From: a virus
Length of the DNA: 33,182 bases
IMG/VR virus record: IMGVR_UViG_3300047157_000061
Direction: 5' to 3' (one strand)
Part shown: positions 1-8,129 of the stretch, one piece after another
Numbering within the stretch: position 1 is the first letter of the stretch
How the letters are laid out: each line of letters starts with the position of its first letter
The notes under the pieces: generated by a model
Databases searched by the model: none
What the model saw: only the letters and a program-made list of their open reading frames with translations
What the model was told of the DNA's origin: nothing
Translations under genes and position numbers: made by a program

Positions 1-145
1 GTCTAACTTATCTGCGTCTGCTAACTCAGAGTACGTGAGATTGGAAGCAAGTAAGGATATACTTGATCGAGCTGGAATAAAACAGGATCAATCGGACACA
101 AAGTCACTAGGTAATGCTATCCAAGTTAACATAGACCTTGGGTAA
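1..145 (+). CDS. terS: 3' end of terS (partial, duplicate copy inside the terminal repeat)
   Basis: Identical to 32957..33101. It ends at the same TAA (143-145) and encodes ...SNLSASANSEYVRLEASKDILDRAGIKQDQSDTKSLGNAIQVNIDLG. Confidence 0.75.
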   Translation, partial: SNLSASANSEYVRLEASKDILDRAGIKQDQSDTKSLGNAIQVNIDLG

Positions 146-226
146 ATTATGGTGCAGTGCTGTGTATACAAGATAAAGTTAAATATAGGTAGGGGTTCAA
201 AAGTTACAGATTAATTAAGAGCAACA
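1..226. repeat. Terminal direct repeat, left copy; exact duplicate of 32957..33182 (assembly overlap of a circular or circularly permuted genome, or terminal redundancy)
   Basis: Base-by-base reading: gtctaacttatctgcgtctgctaactcagag...ttaattaagagcaaca occurs at 1-226 and again at 32957-33182 with no mismatch that I could see. Confidence 0.9.
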
Positions 227-300
227 GGACTACCTCACGTAAAATAGCTTTACAAAAGTCCCAACATATTTTATACCTACCTGTAAGGAAAGGATAAGCT

Positions 301-555
301 ATGACAATAAAGAAAGATATGAAGAAGGCACAAACATCCTTTGGTCAGTTAGGTTATAAATCTCACCATGATATAGAACGTAGGTTAAAAAAAATTAACT
401 TATCTAAACCAGCTGGTGTAGTAGGTGCTGTAGGTGTTGGTGCTTATATTAAAGAAGGTATAGATGCAGTAAGAAATCAACTACAAGATGCTAAACGATT
501 AAGAGAGAAAAGAGAAAAAGAAACTAACAAAATAATAAATAAAGGAGTAAAGTAA
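301..555 (+). CDS. Hypothetical small protein, basic with a central Gly/Val/Ala hydrophobic segment
   Basis: 84-aa ORF with AAGGAAAGGA upstream of the ATG. It has a hydrophobic stretch PAGVVGAVGVGAYI and a K/R/E-rich C-terminus. Its stop overlaps the next start (TAATG at 553-557). Confidence 0.55.
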   Translation: MTIKKDMKKAQTSFGQLGYKSHHDIERRLKKINLSKPAGVVGAVGVGAYIKEGIDAVRNQLQDAKRLREKREKETNKIINKGVK

Positions 556-686
556 TGCCAGGAACTATGAAATCATACGGAACTGTAGGTAAGAAGAAAC
601 CTAAAAAGAAACCAGTAAAACTCTCACTAAATTCTTTCAACAACAAAGCACAGAAAAATAAGAAGGCTAAAAGAACGTATGGCTAA
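555..686 (+). CDS. Lys-rich micro-protein (43 aa)
   Basis: Hand-translated, below the ORF-track cutoff: MPGTMKSYGTVGKKKPKKKPVKLSLNSFNNKAQKNKKAKRTYG. AGGAG lies 7 nt upstream. Its start overlaps the previous stop and its stop overlaps the next start. Confidence 0.45.
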   Translation: MPGTMKSYGTVGKKKPKKKPVKLSLNSFNNKAQKNKKAKRTYG

Positions 687-837
687 ACTATGTGCAAAGG
701 GTAAGTCTGCCGCTAAAAGAAAATTTAAAGTATACCCAAGTGCTTATGCTAATATGTATGCTTCTGGTGTTTGCTCTGGTAGGATCAAGCCAAAGTCTGC
801 CAAGAAAAAAACATCTAAGAAAAGGAAACGTGCATGA
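679..837 (+). CDS. Basic micro-protein (52 aa) with YPSAYAN...C.G motif
   Basis: Hand-translated: MAKLCAKGKSAAKRKFKVYPSAYANMYASGVCSGRIKPKSAKKKTSKKRKRA. It overlaps both neighbours (ATGGCTAA at 679-686, ATGA at 834-837). I recall the motif from uncharacterised marine-phage proteins, but this is unverified. Confidence 0.45.
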   Translation: MAKLCAKGKSAAKRKFKVYPSAYANMYASGVCSGRIKPKSAKKKTSKKRKRA

Positions 838-953
838 CCATAACTCCTGAACTAATAGAAACAATACACAACATATCTTGGTTTGATGGTATCTGTTATA
901 TTTTTTTAGGTCTGGGGGTATATGCTTTATATAGATGGATACGTAGGATATGA
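834..953 (+). CDS. Small single-pass membrane peptide (39 aa)
   Basis: Hand-translated: MTITPELIETIHNISWFDGICYIFLGLGVYALYRWIRRI. It has one hydrophobic helix followed by RWIRR. AAGGAAA is upstream, and there are ATGA overlaps at both ends. Confidence 0.4.
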   Translation: MTITPELIETIHNISWFDGICYIFLGLGVYALYRWIRRI

Positions 954-1213
954 GTTTACGTAAATGGGTTGGTGAGAAGTGGGTTGATATTGGAGCACCA
1001 AAGAAGAATGGTAAGTATCAACCATGTGGTAGAAGCAAAGGATCTAAACGTAAGTATCCTAAATGTGTACCACTAGCTAAAGCAAAGCGAATGACATCAG
1101 CACAGAAGACATCAGCAGTAAAAAGAAAACGTAGTGTTAAACAAGGAGTGGGTGGTAAGCCTACTAATGTAGCAACCTTTAAAAGGAAAAAAAGAAATGG
1201 CAAAAACAGTTAA
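950..1213 (+). CDS. Highly basic small protein (87 aa; WVDIG...PCGR...YPKC motif)
   Basis: ORF-track ORF. By my count 28 of 87 residues are K/R and only 2 are acidic. The conserved-looking Cys/aromatic N-terminal half is followed by a K/R tail. The antisense ORF 1018..1203 is judged spurious. Confidence 0.6.
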   Translation: MSLRKWVGEKWVDIGAPKKNGKYQPCGRSKGSKRKYPKCVPLAKAKRMTSAQKTSAVKRKRSVKQGVGGKPTNVATFKRKKRNGKNS

Positions 1214-1373
1214 ACATTATTTAAGAGATGGTACAGTACATACTGGTGCTATGCATAAAATGTCTAATGGTAAATTACATACTGGTAAAACACATACCAA
1301 ATCTAGTAAGCCATTATTCCATTTAAAAGATTTATCAATGACTGCTAAAAAGAAAGTAAAAGCAAATGGCTAA
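1197..1373 (+). CDS. His/Lys-rich micro-protein (58 aa)
   Basis: Hand-translated: MAKTVKHYLRDGTVHTGAMHKMSNGKLHTGKTHTKSSKPLFHLKDLSMTAKKKVKANG. It contains a duplicated DG/NG-x-hydrophobic-HTG motif and overlaps both neighbours. Confidence 0.45.
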   Translation: MAKTVKHYLRDGTVHTGAMHKMSNGKLHTGKTHTKSSKPLFHLKDLSMTAKKKVKANG

Positions 1374-1632
1374 ATCACCAGCATGGACAAGAAAAGAAGG
1401 CAAGAATCCTAAAGGTGGATTAAATGCTAAAGGTCGTGCTAGTTATAATAAAGGTCGTACCAAGACTGGTAAGAAAAGAAATCTAAAAGCACCGAGCAAA
1501 GTAGTAGGCAATAAAAGACGTGCTTCGTTTTGTGCAAGGATGAAAGGTATGAAGAAGAAGTTAACGAGTAAGAAGACAGCTCGTGATCCTAATTCAAGAA
1601 TAAATAAATCTTTACGTGCTTGGAACTGTTAG
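1366..1632 (+). CDS. Highly basic small protein (88 aa; SFCARM...W.C motif)
   Basis: ORF-track ORF. About 29 of 88 residues are K/R and 2 are acidic. Motifs are AWTRKEGKNPKGGLNAKGR, RRASFCARMKGM and a C-terminal RAWNC. Confidence 0.6.
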   Translation: MAKSPAWTRKEGKNPKGGLNAKGRASYNKGRTKTGKKRNLKAPSKVVGNKRRASFCARMKGMKKKLTSKKTARDPNSRINKSLRAWNC

Positions 1633-1652
1633 TGTATACCATTAATTATAAG

Positions 1653-1793
1653 ATGGAGTTTAAATCAAGACCAAGTAAATATGAAGTTCAATGTAGATTA
1701 TGGGATCTATTAGCTAAAGGTTTTACTCTACGCACACCAGAAGAAGATGCAGAGTATAAAAAATTTATAGAGGAGAAAAATGTTTATACGTGA
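1653..1793 (+). CDS. Hypothetical micro-protein (46 aa)
   Basis: Hand-translated: MEFKSRPSKYEVQCRLWDLLAKGFTLRTPEEDAEYKKFIEEKNVYT. It fills the gap between flanking genes and overlaps the next start. There is no clear SD. Confidence 0.3.
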   Translation: MEFKSRPSKYEVQCRLWDLLAKGFTLRTPEEDAEYKKFIEEKNVYT

Positions 1794-1968
1794 ACTATCT
1801 TTAAAAGATTTAAATAGACTACGTTCTATTGTACGTAATACTCATTTAAAATTTTACCCTAATGAGTTTATGACTAACGTAGAAGTTGATAAGTTTATAA
1901 ATGCAGTCGGTCCAGAACTAGCTGGTAAGATGATCCGATACGCAGTAGACAACAAACAAGTCGAATGA
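1780..1968 (+). CDS. Hypothetical protein (62 aa)
   Basis: ORF with GAGGAG upstream. Its stop overlaps the terL start (ATGA at 1965-1968). Confidence 0.55.
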   Translation: MFIRELSLKDLNRLRSIVRNTHLKFYPNEFMTNVEVDKFINAVGPELAGKMIRYAVDNKQVE

Positions 1969-3497
1969 AATTAAATTACAAACCTGATGGTGCAGTAGTA
2001 AAAAGTTTTATGAAAGACAATAGTTTCTTTCGTGGACTACGTGGACCAGTAGGCTCTGGTAAATCTGTTGCTTGTTGTATAGAAGTATTCCGTAGAGCCT
2101 TAGCACAGAAACCATCACCAGATGGCATACGTAAATCTCGTGTAGCTATTATAAGAAATACAAACCCACAGTTAAAGACTACGACTATGAAGACATGGTT
2201 AGATTGGTTTCCTGAAAAAGAGTTTGGTAAAATGAATTGGTCACCACCCTATACACATAGAATACAAGTAGGTGATGTAGACTTAGAAGTAATTTTTCTG
2301 GCTTTGGATAGACCAGAAGATGTTAAGAAGTTATTATCTTTAGAATTAACATTCCTTTTCTTTAATGAAAGCAGAGAAATAGCCAAGCCAATTATAGATG
2401 CTGGCACTATGCGTGTAGGAAGATACCCTTCTATGAAAGATGGTGGACCAACTTGGTATGGTGTTATAGCAGATACCAACGCACCAGACGAAGATCATTG
2501 GTGGAGTGTGATGAGTGGAGATGCACCACCACCAGAACATCTATCACGAGAAGAAGTTATGATGTTAGTCAAACCTGACAACTGGAAATTTTTTACACAA
2601 CCACCAGGTATGTTAGAAAAAAGAAACTCAGATCAAGAAGTAGAAAACTATATAAATAATCCAGATGCAGAGAATAGAAACAATCTAATGCGAGATTACT
2701 ATTCTTCTATTATTAGAGGAAAGACAAAGTCATGGATTGATGTGTATGTAATGAATAGATTAGGTTCAATCGAAGATGGTAAACCTGTATACAAACAATT
2801 TGCTTCAGACTTACACGTTGCCAAGCAACCAATAATACCAGCAGAAGTTCCATACTATATAGGTATCGACTTTGGTTTAACTCCAGCTTGTGTATTTGCA
2901 CAACAAGTCCGAGGGAGATGGTTAATACTACACGAGATCGTAGCACAAGATATGGGTATGGTGCGATTTGGGGAACTACTTAGACAAGAGATGGTAAGTA
3001 AATTTCCCAACATACCAGTAGCACGAATATTTGGAGATCCAGCTGGAGATTATCGAGCACAGACTGATGAGTCTACTCCATTCCAAATACTACGTGGTGC
3101 TGGTATTCGTGCCATTCCAGCACCATCCAATGATGTATCGTTAAGAATAGAATCTGTAACTGCACCATTGATGCGATTGTTAGAAGGTAAGTCAGGTATA
3201 TTAATTGATAAAAGTTGTAAACATTTAATTAAAGGATTTGAAGGTGGTTATCAGTACAAACGTATGCAAGTATCTGGTGAACGATACACAGAAAAACCAG
3301 ACAAGAATCACTACTCACACGTACATGACGCACTACAATATTTATTATTAGGTGCTGGAGAAGGTAGGCAGATTACTAAGAGTTCTATTACTAGCAAAGT
3401 AGTACAAGCAAAAACTAATTTTGATGTCTTTACAAAAGCACCAAAAAAGAGTATACGAAAGAAGTGGAACGTATTCGATATTAGATCAAGATTATAG
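1965..3497 (+). CDS. terL: Terminase large subunit
   Basis: 510 aa. It has an N-terminal Walker A (GLRGPVGSGKS) and a Walker B-like LTFLFFNESRE. The C-terminal half carries RNase H-like nuclease acidic motifs (YYIGIDFG, FGDPAGD, HVHDALQY). It sits just upstream of the portal. Confidence 0.9.
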   Translation: MKLNYKPDGAVVKSFMKDNSFFRGLRGPVGSGKSVACCIEVFRRALAQKPSPDGIRKSRVAIIRNTNPQLKTTTMKTWLDWFPEKEFGKMNWSPPYTHRIQVGDVDLEVIFLALDRPEDVKKLLSLELTFLFFNESREIAKPIIDAGTMRVGRYPSMKDGGPTWYGVIADTNAPDEDHWWSVMSGDAPPPEHLSREEVMMLVKPDNWKFFTQPPGMLEKRNSDQEVENYINNPDAENRNNLMRDYYSSIIRGKTKSWIDVYVMNRLGSIEDGKPVYKQFASDLHVAKQPIIPAEVPYYIGIDFGLTPACVFAQQVRGRWLILHEIVAQDMGMVRFGELLRQEMVSKFPNIPVARIFGDPAGDYRAQTDESTPFQILRGAGIRAIPAPSNDVSLRIESVTAPLMRLLEGKSGILIDKSCKHLIKGFEGGYQYKRMQVSGERYTEKPDKNHYSHVHDALQYLLLGAGEGRQITKSSITSKVVQAKTNFDVFTKAPKKSIRKKWNVFDIRSRL

Positions 3498-3509
3498 AAA
3501 GGAATTATT

Positions 3510-3746
3510 ATGTGTTCAGGATTATTTAAATCACCTCCAAGAGTAGTATTACCACCTCCATCCAAACCTGATCCATCTATAGCTATTAGAGAAGGTGAAA
3601 TAAGAGATCAAAATTTAAGCGATCAATCAGAAGCAAGTAAAGCTAGAAAGAAACAAATACAAGCTGGCTTCGGTAGAAGAAGTTTACTAACATCAAGTGG
3701 TGGTGGATATCTTTCTAATACTACTAATAATACAACTTTAAGTTAA
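3510..3746 (+). CDS. Hypothetical protein (78 aa), Pro-rich N-terminus
   Basis: ORF with AAAGGAA upstream. Sequence reads MCSGLFKSPPRVVLPPPSKPDP... and the C-terminus is Ser/Thr/Asn-rich. It lies between terL and the portal. Confidence 0.45.
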   Translation: MCSGLFKSPPRVVLPPPSKPDPSIAIREGEIRDQNLSDQSEASKARKKQIQAGFGRRSLLTSSGGGYLSNTTNNTTLS

Positions 3747-3747
3747 T

Positions 3748-3918
3748 ATGAAACCAGATGCACAAAAGATACAAGCACATTTAGATACACATGAAGCTGT
3801 ATGTACAGAAAGATGGCTAGAGATTATAAGTAGAGTAAAAAGATTAGAAACAATCTTTATTGCTTTTAGTGGTGTTATTATGGTAATGTTAGCAACAATA
3901 ATAATTAAACAGATATAA
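3748..3918 (+). CDS. Small C-terminally membrane-anchored protein (56 aa)
   Basis: Hand-translated: MKPDAQKIQAHLDTHEAVCTERWLEIISRVKRLETIFIAFSGVIMVMLATIIIKQI. Its stop overlaps the portal start (TAATG at 3916-3920). Confidence 0.4.
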   Translation: MKPDAQKIQAHLDTHEAVCTERWLEIISRVKRLETIFIAFSGVIMVMLATIIIKQI

Positions 3919-5510
3919 TGGTAGCATTAATTCCTCAACCCATACTGAAAGAAATGTCTAGCTTAGAAAATATGTTAGCTAGATATAAAAGAGCAGAAAG
4001 TATAAAAGAGTTGTGGAGACCTACCTTCGAAGAATGTTTTGAATACAGTATGCCAGCAAGAGAAAGTTTTTATCCTACATCTGCTGGGCAAACTAAAACT
4101 GATAAGATATTTGATGAAACTGCTGTGGTTGGTGTACAAGAATTTGCATCACGATTACAAGCTGGTATTGTTCCTAACTATGCAAGATGGGCAGAACTTA
4201 TAGCTGGTAGTGAAATACCATCAGAAGATCGTAATGAAGTAAATGAATCATTAGATGGTGTAACAAATTATGTATTTGAAATATTACAGAACTCAAACTT
4301 TGCACAAGAAATACATGAATCATTCTTAGACTTAGCTGTAGGAACAGGAGCAATGTTAATAGAAGAAGGAGATGCAATAAAGCCTATAAAATTTACTGCT
4401 GTCCCTTTATCAAGACTTACATTAGATACAGGACCGAATGATATTATAGACACAGTTTATAGAACAAGAAAAATAAAAGCATCTAATATTCAATTAATTT
4501 ATCCACAAGCAAATGTACCAGCAGAAATAACTAGACAGTTACAAAATGGTAATGATATGTTTGTGCAATTAGTAGAATGTGTATCAAGAAATTATAGTAA
4601 ACCAAATGTAGAAGTAAATGATCTTACAGTATTTGGTACAAATCCTCAACATATATATTTACAAAATCAATTTACAGGTGAAGGATCAAACCCATATGTA
4701 GTATTTCGTTGGAGCAAAGCCGCTGGTGAAATTTATGGGCGTGGTCCACTTTTAAATTCTATGCCAGCAATTAAGACCTGTAACCTTGTAATAGAAATGA
4801 TATTAGAAAATGCACAGATGGCTATATCTGGTATGTATCAAATGGAAGATGATGGAATTATAAATGTGGATACGATTCAACTCTTACCAGGAACTATCAT
4901 TCCACGTTCTCCATCATCTCGAGGACTAGAGCCAATTAAAAATGCTGGTAACTTTAATGTAGCTGATCTTGTATTAAAAGATATGCGACAGAATATTAAA
5001 CGAGCATTGTATAATGAAATGTTAGGTGACCCTAATCGTACACCAATGTCAGCTACAGAAGTAGCAGAACGTATGGCTGATCTATCAAGACAAATAGGTT
5101 CATCATTTGGTAGACTACAAGCAGAGATGGTAACTCCAGTATTACAGAGAGTGATACATATTCTAAAGAAACAAGGTAGAATAAATATACCAACAGTAAA
5201 TGGTAGAGAAATAAAAATACAGTCTACTTCTCCACTAGCACAAGCACAAGCTAACCAAGATATTAATGGATTTAATAGATTTTTAGAATTAATTGGTGCT
5301 AGATTCGGACCACAACTAATAAATTTATTGGTAGATAGTAATGAAGCTACTAAATATTTAGCAGAAAAATTTGGAATACCAGCAAAACTTACAAGATCAA
5401 AAGAGGAAATGAACCAAATAATGCAACAAATGCAACAAGCACAGCAAATGATGCAACAACAACAAGGACAAATGGCACAAGATGATGGACAAGAAACTCC
5501 CCCAAGTTAG
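3918..5510 (+). CDS. Portal (head-tail connector) protein, T7 gp8-like by size and position
   Basis: 530 aa, between terL and the scaffold/capsid genes. The N-terminal region (RYKRAESIKELWRPTFEECFEYSMP) resembles podovirus head-to-tail connector proteins as I recall them. The C-terminal tail is Gln/Met-rich. Confidence 0.8.
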   Translation: MVALIPQPILKEMSSLENMLARYKRAESIKELWRPTFEECFEYSMPARESFYPTSAGQTKTDKIFDETAVVGVQEFASRLQAGIVPNYARWAELIAGSEIPSEDRNEVNESLDGVTNYVFEILQNSNFAQEIHESFLDLAVGTGAMLIEEGDAIKPIKFTAVPLSRLTLDTGPNDIIDTVYRTRKIKASNIQLIYPQANVPAEITRQLQNGNDMFVQLVECVSRNYSKPNVEVNDLTVFGTNPQHIYLQNQFTGEGSNPYVVFRWSKAAGEIYGRGPLLNSMPAIKTCNLVIEMILENAQMAISGMYQMEDDGIINVDTIQLLPGTIIPRSPSSRGLEPIKNAGNFNVADLVLKDMRQNIKRALYNEMLGDPNRTPMSATEVAERMADLSRQIGSSFGRLQAEMVTPVLQRVIHILKKQGRINIPTVNGREIKIQSTSPLAQAQANQDINGFNRFLELIGARFGPQLINLLVDSNEATKYLAEKFGIPAKLTRSKEEMNQIMQQMQQAQQMMQQQQGQMAQDDGQETPPS

Positions 5511-5760
5511 TATAGATGGAATACGTAGAAGTACTGAACAAGAAAAAAGATTAAATGAAACTTTATTATCTTGTTTTGTAACTGATGCTGGAATGTTAAC
5601 ACTTAAATATTTAAGATCTATTACTATAGAAAGTGTAGCTGGATTTAATATATCTGATCAAGAGTTAAGAGCAAGAGAAGGTATGAGATTTCTAGTTGGT
5701 ATTATTGAACAACGAATAAAGGAAGGTAAAAATGAGCGAGCAAGAAAGCCTAATAAATAG
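5482..5760 (+). CDS. Hypothetical head-module protein (92 aa)
   Basis: ORF overlapping the portal 3' end by 29 nt and the scaffold start by 29 nt. The sequence looks globular (LRAREGMRFLVGIIEQRIKEG). Confidence 0.5.
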   Translation: MMDKKLPQVSIDGIRRSTEQEKRLNETLLSCFVTDAGMLTLKYLRSITIESVAGFNISDQELRAREGMRFLVGIIEQRIKEGKNERARKPNK

Positions 5761-6442
5761 CGAACAAGAAGTAAAAGATGAAGTAGGAGAAGTAGCAGAA
5801 AGACCAGAATGGTTACCAGAGAAGTTTTTTAAAGATGGTAACCCTGATTATGAAGGACTAGCAAAGTCTTATACTGAAGCTGAAACTTATATTGGTAAGA
5901 AAAAAGAAGACTTAACTACAGAAATAAAGACACAATTAGAAGAAGAAACTCTTAAAGCTGTACCTGAAACTTATGTATTACCAGAAATACCAGACACATA
6001 TGAAACAGAAACACCTCTTATGGATGGATGGAAAACTTATTGTAAAGATAATAAACTAAGTCAAGAAGCATTTGATAAAGGAATAGACTTATTTATACAA
6101 AGCCAACCACAAGTAGATATAGATGGTGAAAAGAAAAAGCTAGGTGAAAATGCAAATCAACGTATTGAAGCTGTAAGTTTGTGGGTAAATAAAAACTTTG
6201 ATGAAGGACAAAGACCTATGTTAGAAATGATGTGTTCTACTTCACAAGGTGTAGAAGCAGTAGAAAAAATTATGGGTATGTTACAAAATAGTATGTCACA
6301 AACTACAGATAATTTTATTGCTGGTAAAACAAAAGAAGACTTACAAGAGATGATGAAGGACAGAAGATATTGGCACGCACCTAGTAGAGATGAAACTTAT
6401 ATAAGACAGATAGACTCAGCATTTGAAAAATTATATAAATGA
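5732..6442 (+). CDS. Scaffolding protein (candidate)
   Basis: 236 aa, acidic and E/K/Q-rich with a helical appearance. It lies between portal and major capsid. AAGGAAGG is upstream. Confidence 0.55.
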   Translation: MSEQESLINSEQEVKDEVGEVAERPEWLPEKFFKDGNPDYEGLAKSYTEAETYIGKKKEDLTTEIKTQLEEETLKAVPETYVLPEIPDTYETETPLMDGWKTYCKDNKLSQEAFDKGIDLFIQSQPQVDIDGEKKKLGENANQRIEAVSLWVNKNFDEGQRPMLEMMCSTSQGVEAVEKIMGMLQNSMSQTTDNFIAGKTKEDLQEMMKDRRYWHAPSRDETYIRQIDSAFEKLYK

Positions 6443-6894
6443 TTATTGAAGTAAGACCAAGTACAGAAAAAGATGCTAGATATATTGGAAACAATATGCG
6501 AATGGAAGACATTATAGAGTTAGATGCTGTAGGATCTAAACCTATAGAGTCTATGCTTTACCCTTTTACTTGTACAAATGCACAAACATTTACATTATTC
6601 TTTGATAAAGAACCTGTTTTGTGTGGTGGAACTATAGGAGAAAGTATAGGTGTAGCAAGATTATGGATGTTAGCTACTAAAAAAGCATATACAAAACCTT
6701 TAAAATTAGCATTATTAAGTAGAAAATACGTAGATTTTTTACAGCAACCTTATGAATATATGTACAATTATGTACATACTGGTAATGAAAAAGCAGTAAA
6801 ACTTCTTAAACATCTTAATTGTACTTTTGATTCGGAGATTACAAAAAATAATAATTTAAGTTTTGTAAAATTTTCTCGTTGCAAAAAACATTAA
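6439..6894 (+). CDS. GNAT-fold acetyltransferase-like protein (weak call)
   Basis: 151 aa. The pattern IEVRPSTEKDARYI...CGGTIGESIGVARLWMLAT...NEKAVKLLKHLNCTF resembles small phage GNAT-like proteins. The start overlaps the scaffold stop (ATGA). Confidence 0.35.
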   Translation: MIIEVRPSTEKDARYIGNNMRMEDIIELDAVGSKPIESMLYPFTCTNAQTFTLFFDKEPVLCGGTIGESIGVARLWMLATKKAYTKPLKLALLSRKYVDFLQQPYEYMYNYVHTGNEKAVKLLKHLNCTFDSEITKNNNLSFVKFSRCKKH

Positions 6895-7013
6895 TATAAT
6901 ATATAGATTTATATAGCAGTCCCAGAGTATTGAAGTATTGCCCATTTGGATAACCTTACAAAGATAGGCTGGATAAACTCGGTGAAACTTTTTTAACTTA
7001 ATAAGGAGGACTT

Positions 7014-7835
7014 ATGTCTATAGGAATAAGCACTGCTTTTATAAAACAGTTTGAGAGTGATGTTCACATGGCTTATCAGCGAATGGGATCAAAACTTAAA
7101 GACACCATCAGACAAAAACCAAGTGTGAATGGTAATCAAGCAGTTTTTCAAAAAGTAGGAAAAGGCTCTGCTGTCCAAAAATCAAGACATGGACAAGTGC
7201 CGATCATGAATATCGACCATACAAACGTAACAGTTACACTACAAGATTTCTTTAGTGCTGACTATGTCGATAGACTAGACGAACTAAAAACCAACATTGA
7301 TGAAAGAATGGTAGTAGCACAGAGTAGTGCTGGTGCGTTAGGAAGAAAGACTGACGAACTAATTACTACTGCTCTTGATGGAACATCAAACCTATCAGGT
7401 AACTCTGACTCAGATGGTTTAACAATAGCCAAGATAAATGGTGTATTTGGATCAATGGGTGAAGGTGATATACCTGATGATGGTGATAGATACTTTGTAG
7501 TATCACCTGATGGTTGGATTGATTTATTAGGAATCAATGCGTTTGCTGATGCAGACTTCATTGGACCAGATGAACTTCCATACAAAGGTGGTATGGTTGC
7601 TAAAAGATGGCTTGGTTTTATGTGGATGACACATAGTGGACTACCAGTAACAGGTGGTAGAAGACAATGTTTCGCATATCACAGATCTGGAATAGGTGTA
7701 GCTATGGGTGCAGATGTAACCACAGAAATTAACTACATTCCAGAAAGAGTGTCTAATTTAATAACTGCATATATGAGTCTGGGTGTTGTCTTAATTGACG
7801 ATAACGCAGTCTTTGAAGTGCAAATAACTGAATAG
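7014..7835 (+). CDS. Major capsid protein
   Basis: 273 aa. It has the strongest SD in the window (TAAGGAGGA) after a 119-nt intergenic gap and follows the scaffold gene. The antisense ORF 7262..7585 is judged spurious. Confidence 0.7.
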   Translation: MSIGISTAFIKQFESDVHMAYQRMGSKLKDTIRQKPSVNGNQAVFQKVGKGSAVQKSRHGQVPIMNIDHTNVTVTLQDFFSADYVDRLDELKTNIDERMVVAQSSAGALGRKTDELITTALDGTSNLSGNSDSDGLTIAKINGVFGSMGEGDIPDDGDRYFVVSPDGWIDLLGINAFADADFIGPDELPYKGGMVAKRWLGFMWMTHSGLPVTGGRRQCFAYHRSGIGVAMGADVTTEINYIPERVSNLITAYMSLGVVLIDDNAVFEVQITE

Positions 7836-7844
7836 GAGGTACAC

Positions 7845-8090
7845 ATGGCTTACGTAGCAAGTGATTTATACAAAGTTGGTGGTGCTAATCCTGGTATGTG
7901 GATATACAAATCTACAGAAGCAGTTGGCGACATTGACAACTCAGGGTACTTTAATAGTGCTACTAATGAGTTAAAGCAGTTTGATGTTATAGTTATTATA
8001 AGTGCTACTGGTGGTACACCAGCAGTAGACTTAGCAACTGTAACTTCAGCTACAGGAGCGGCAACAGTAACAGTCGCACTTTTAGCATAA
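7845..8090 (+). CDS. Small Ala/Thr/Val-rich head-associated protein (81 aa)
   Basis: AGGAGG upstream, co-oriented with the operon. The mirror ORF 7850..8098 on the - strand has no such signals. Confidence 0.5.
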   Translation: MAYVASDLYKVGGANPGMWIYKSTEAVGDIDNSGYFNSATNELKQFDVIVIISATGGTPAVDLATVTSATGAATVTVALLA

Positions 8091-8102
8091 CTTAACAAGG
8101 AG

Positions 8103-8122
8103 TGGGGAGAGCAATCTCCCCA
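8103..8122 (+). promoter_or_regulatory. 8-bp stem / GCAA tetraloop hairpin between an SD-like AAGGAG (8097-8102) and the ATG at 8130
   Basis: tggggaga-gcaa-tctcccca forms a perfect 8-bp stem. AAGGAG abuts its 5' side, and 7 nt separate its 3' side from the ATG. Confidence 0.5.
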
Positions 8123-8129
8123 AACCTAT

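Noticed and set aside
249-277. Possible + strand promoter TTTACA-17-TATACC upstream of the ORF at 301.
   Set aside because: The -10 lacks the conserved final T and matches only 4 of 6 positions. In such AT-rich DNA, matches of this kind occur by chance, so the evidence is not strong enough to annotate.
7850-8098. An 82-aa - strand ORF mirroring the + strand ORF 7845..8090. The same class includes other short antisense or out-of-frame ORFs in the track (1018..1203, 2249..2540, 2713..2946, 3311..3565, 4268..4453, 7262..7585, 8486..8701, 9349..9597, 11413..11642, 13073..13294, 21626..21862, 23348..23765).
   Set aside because: All lie inside longer, better-supported + strand genes of a tightly coupled operon. 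They lack SDs and have composition typical of antisense translation of AT-rich coding DNA.
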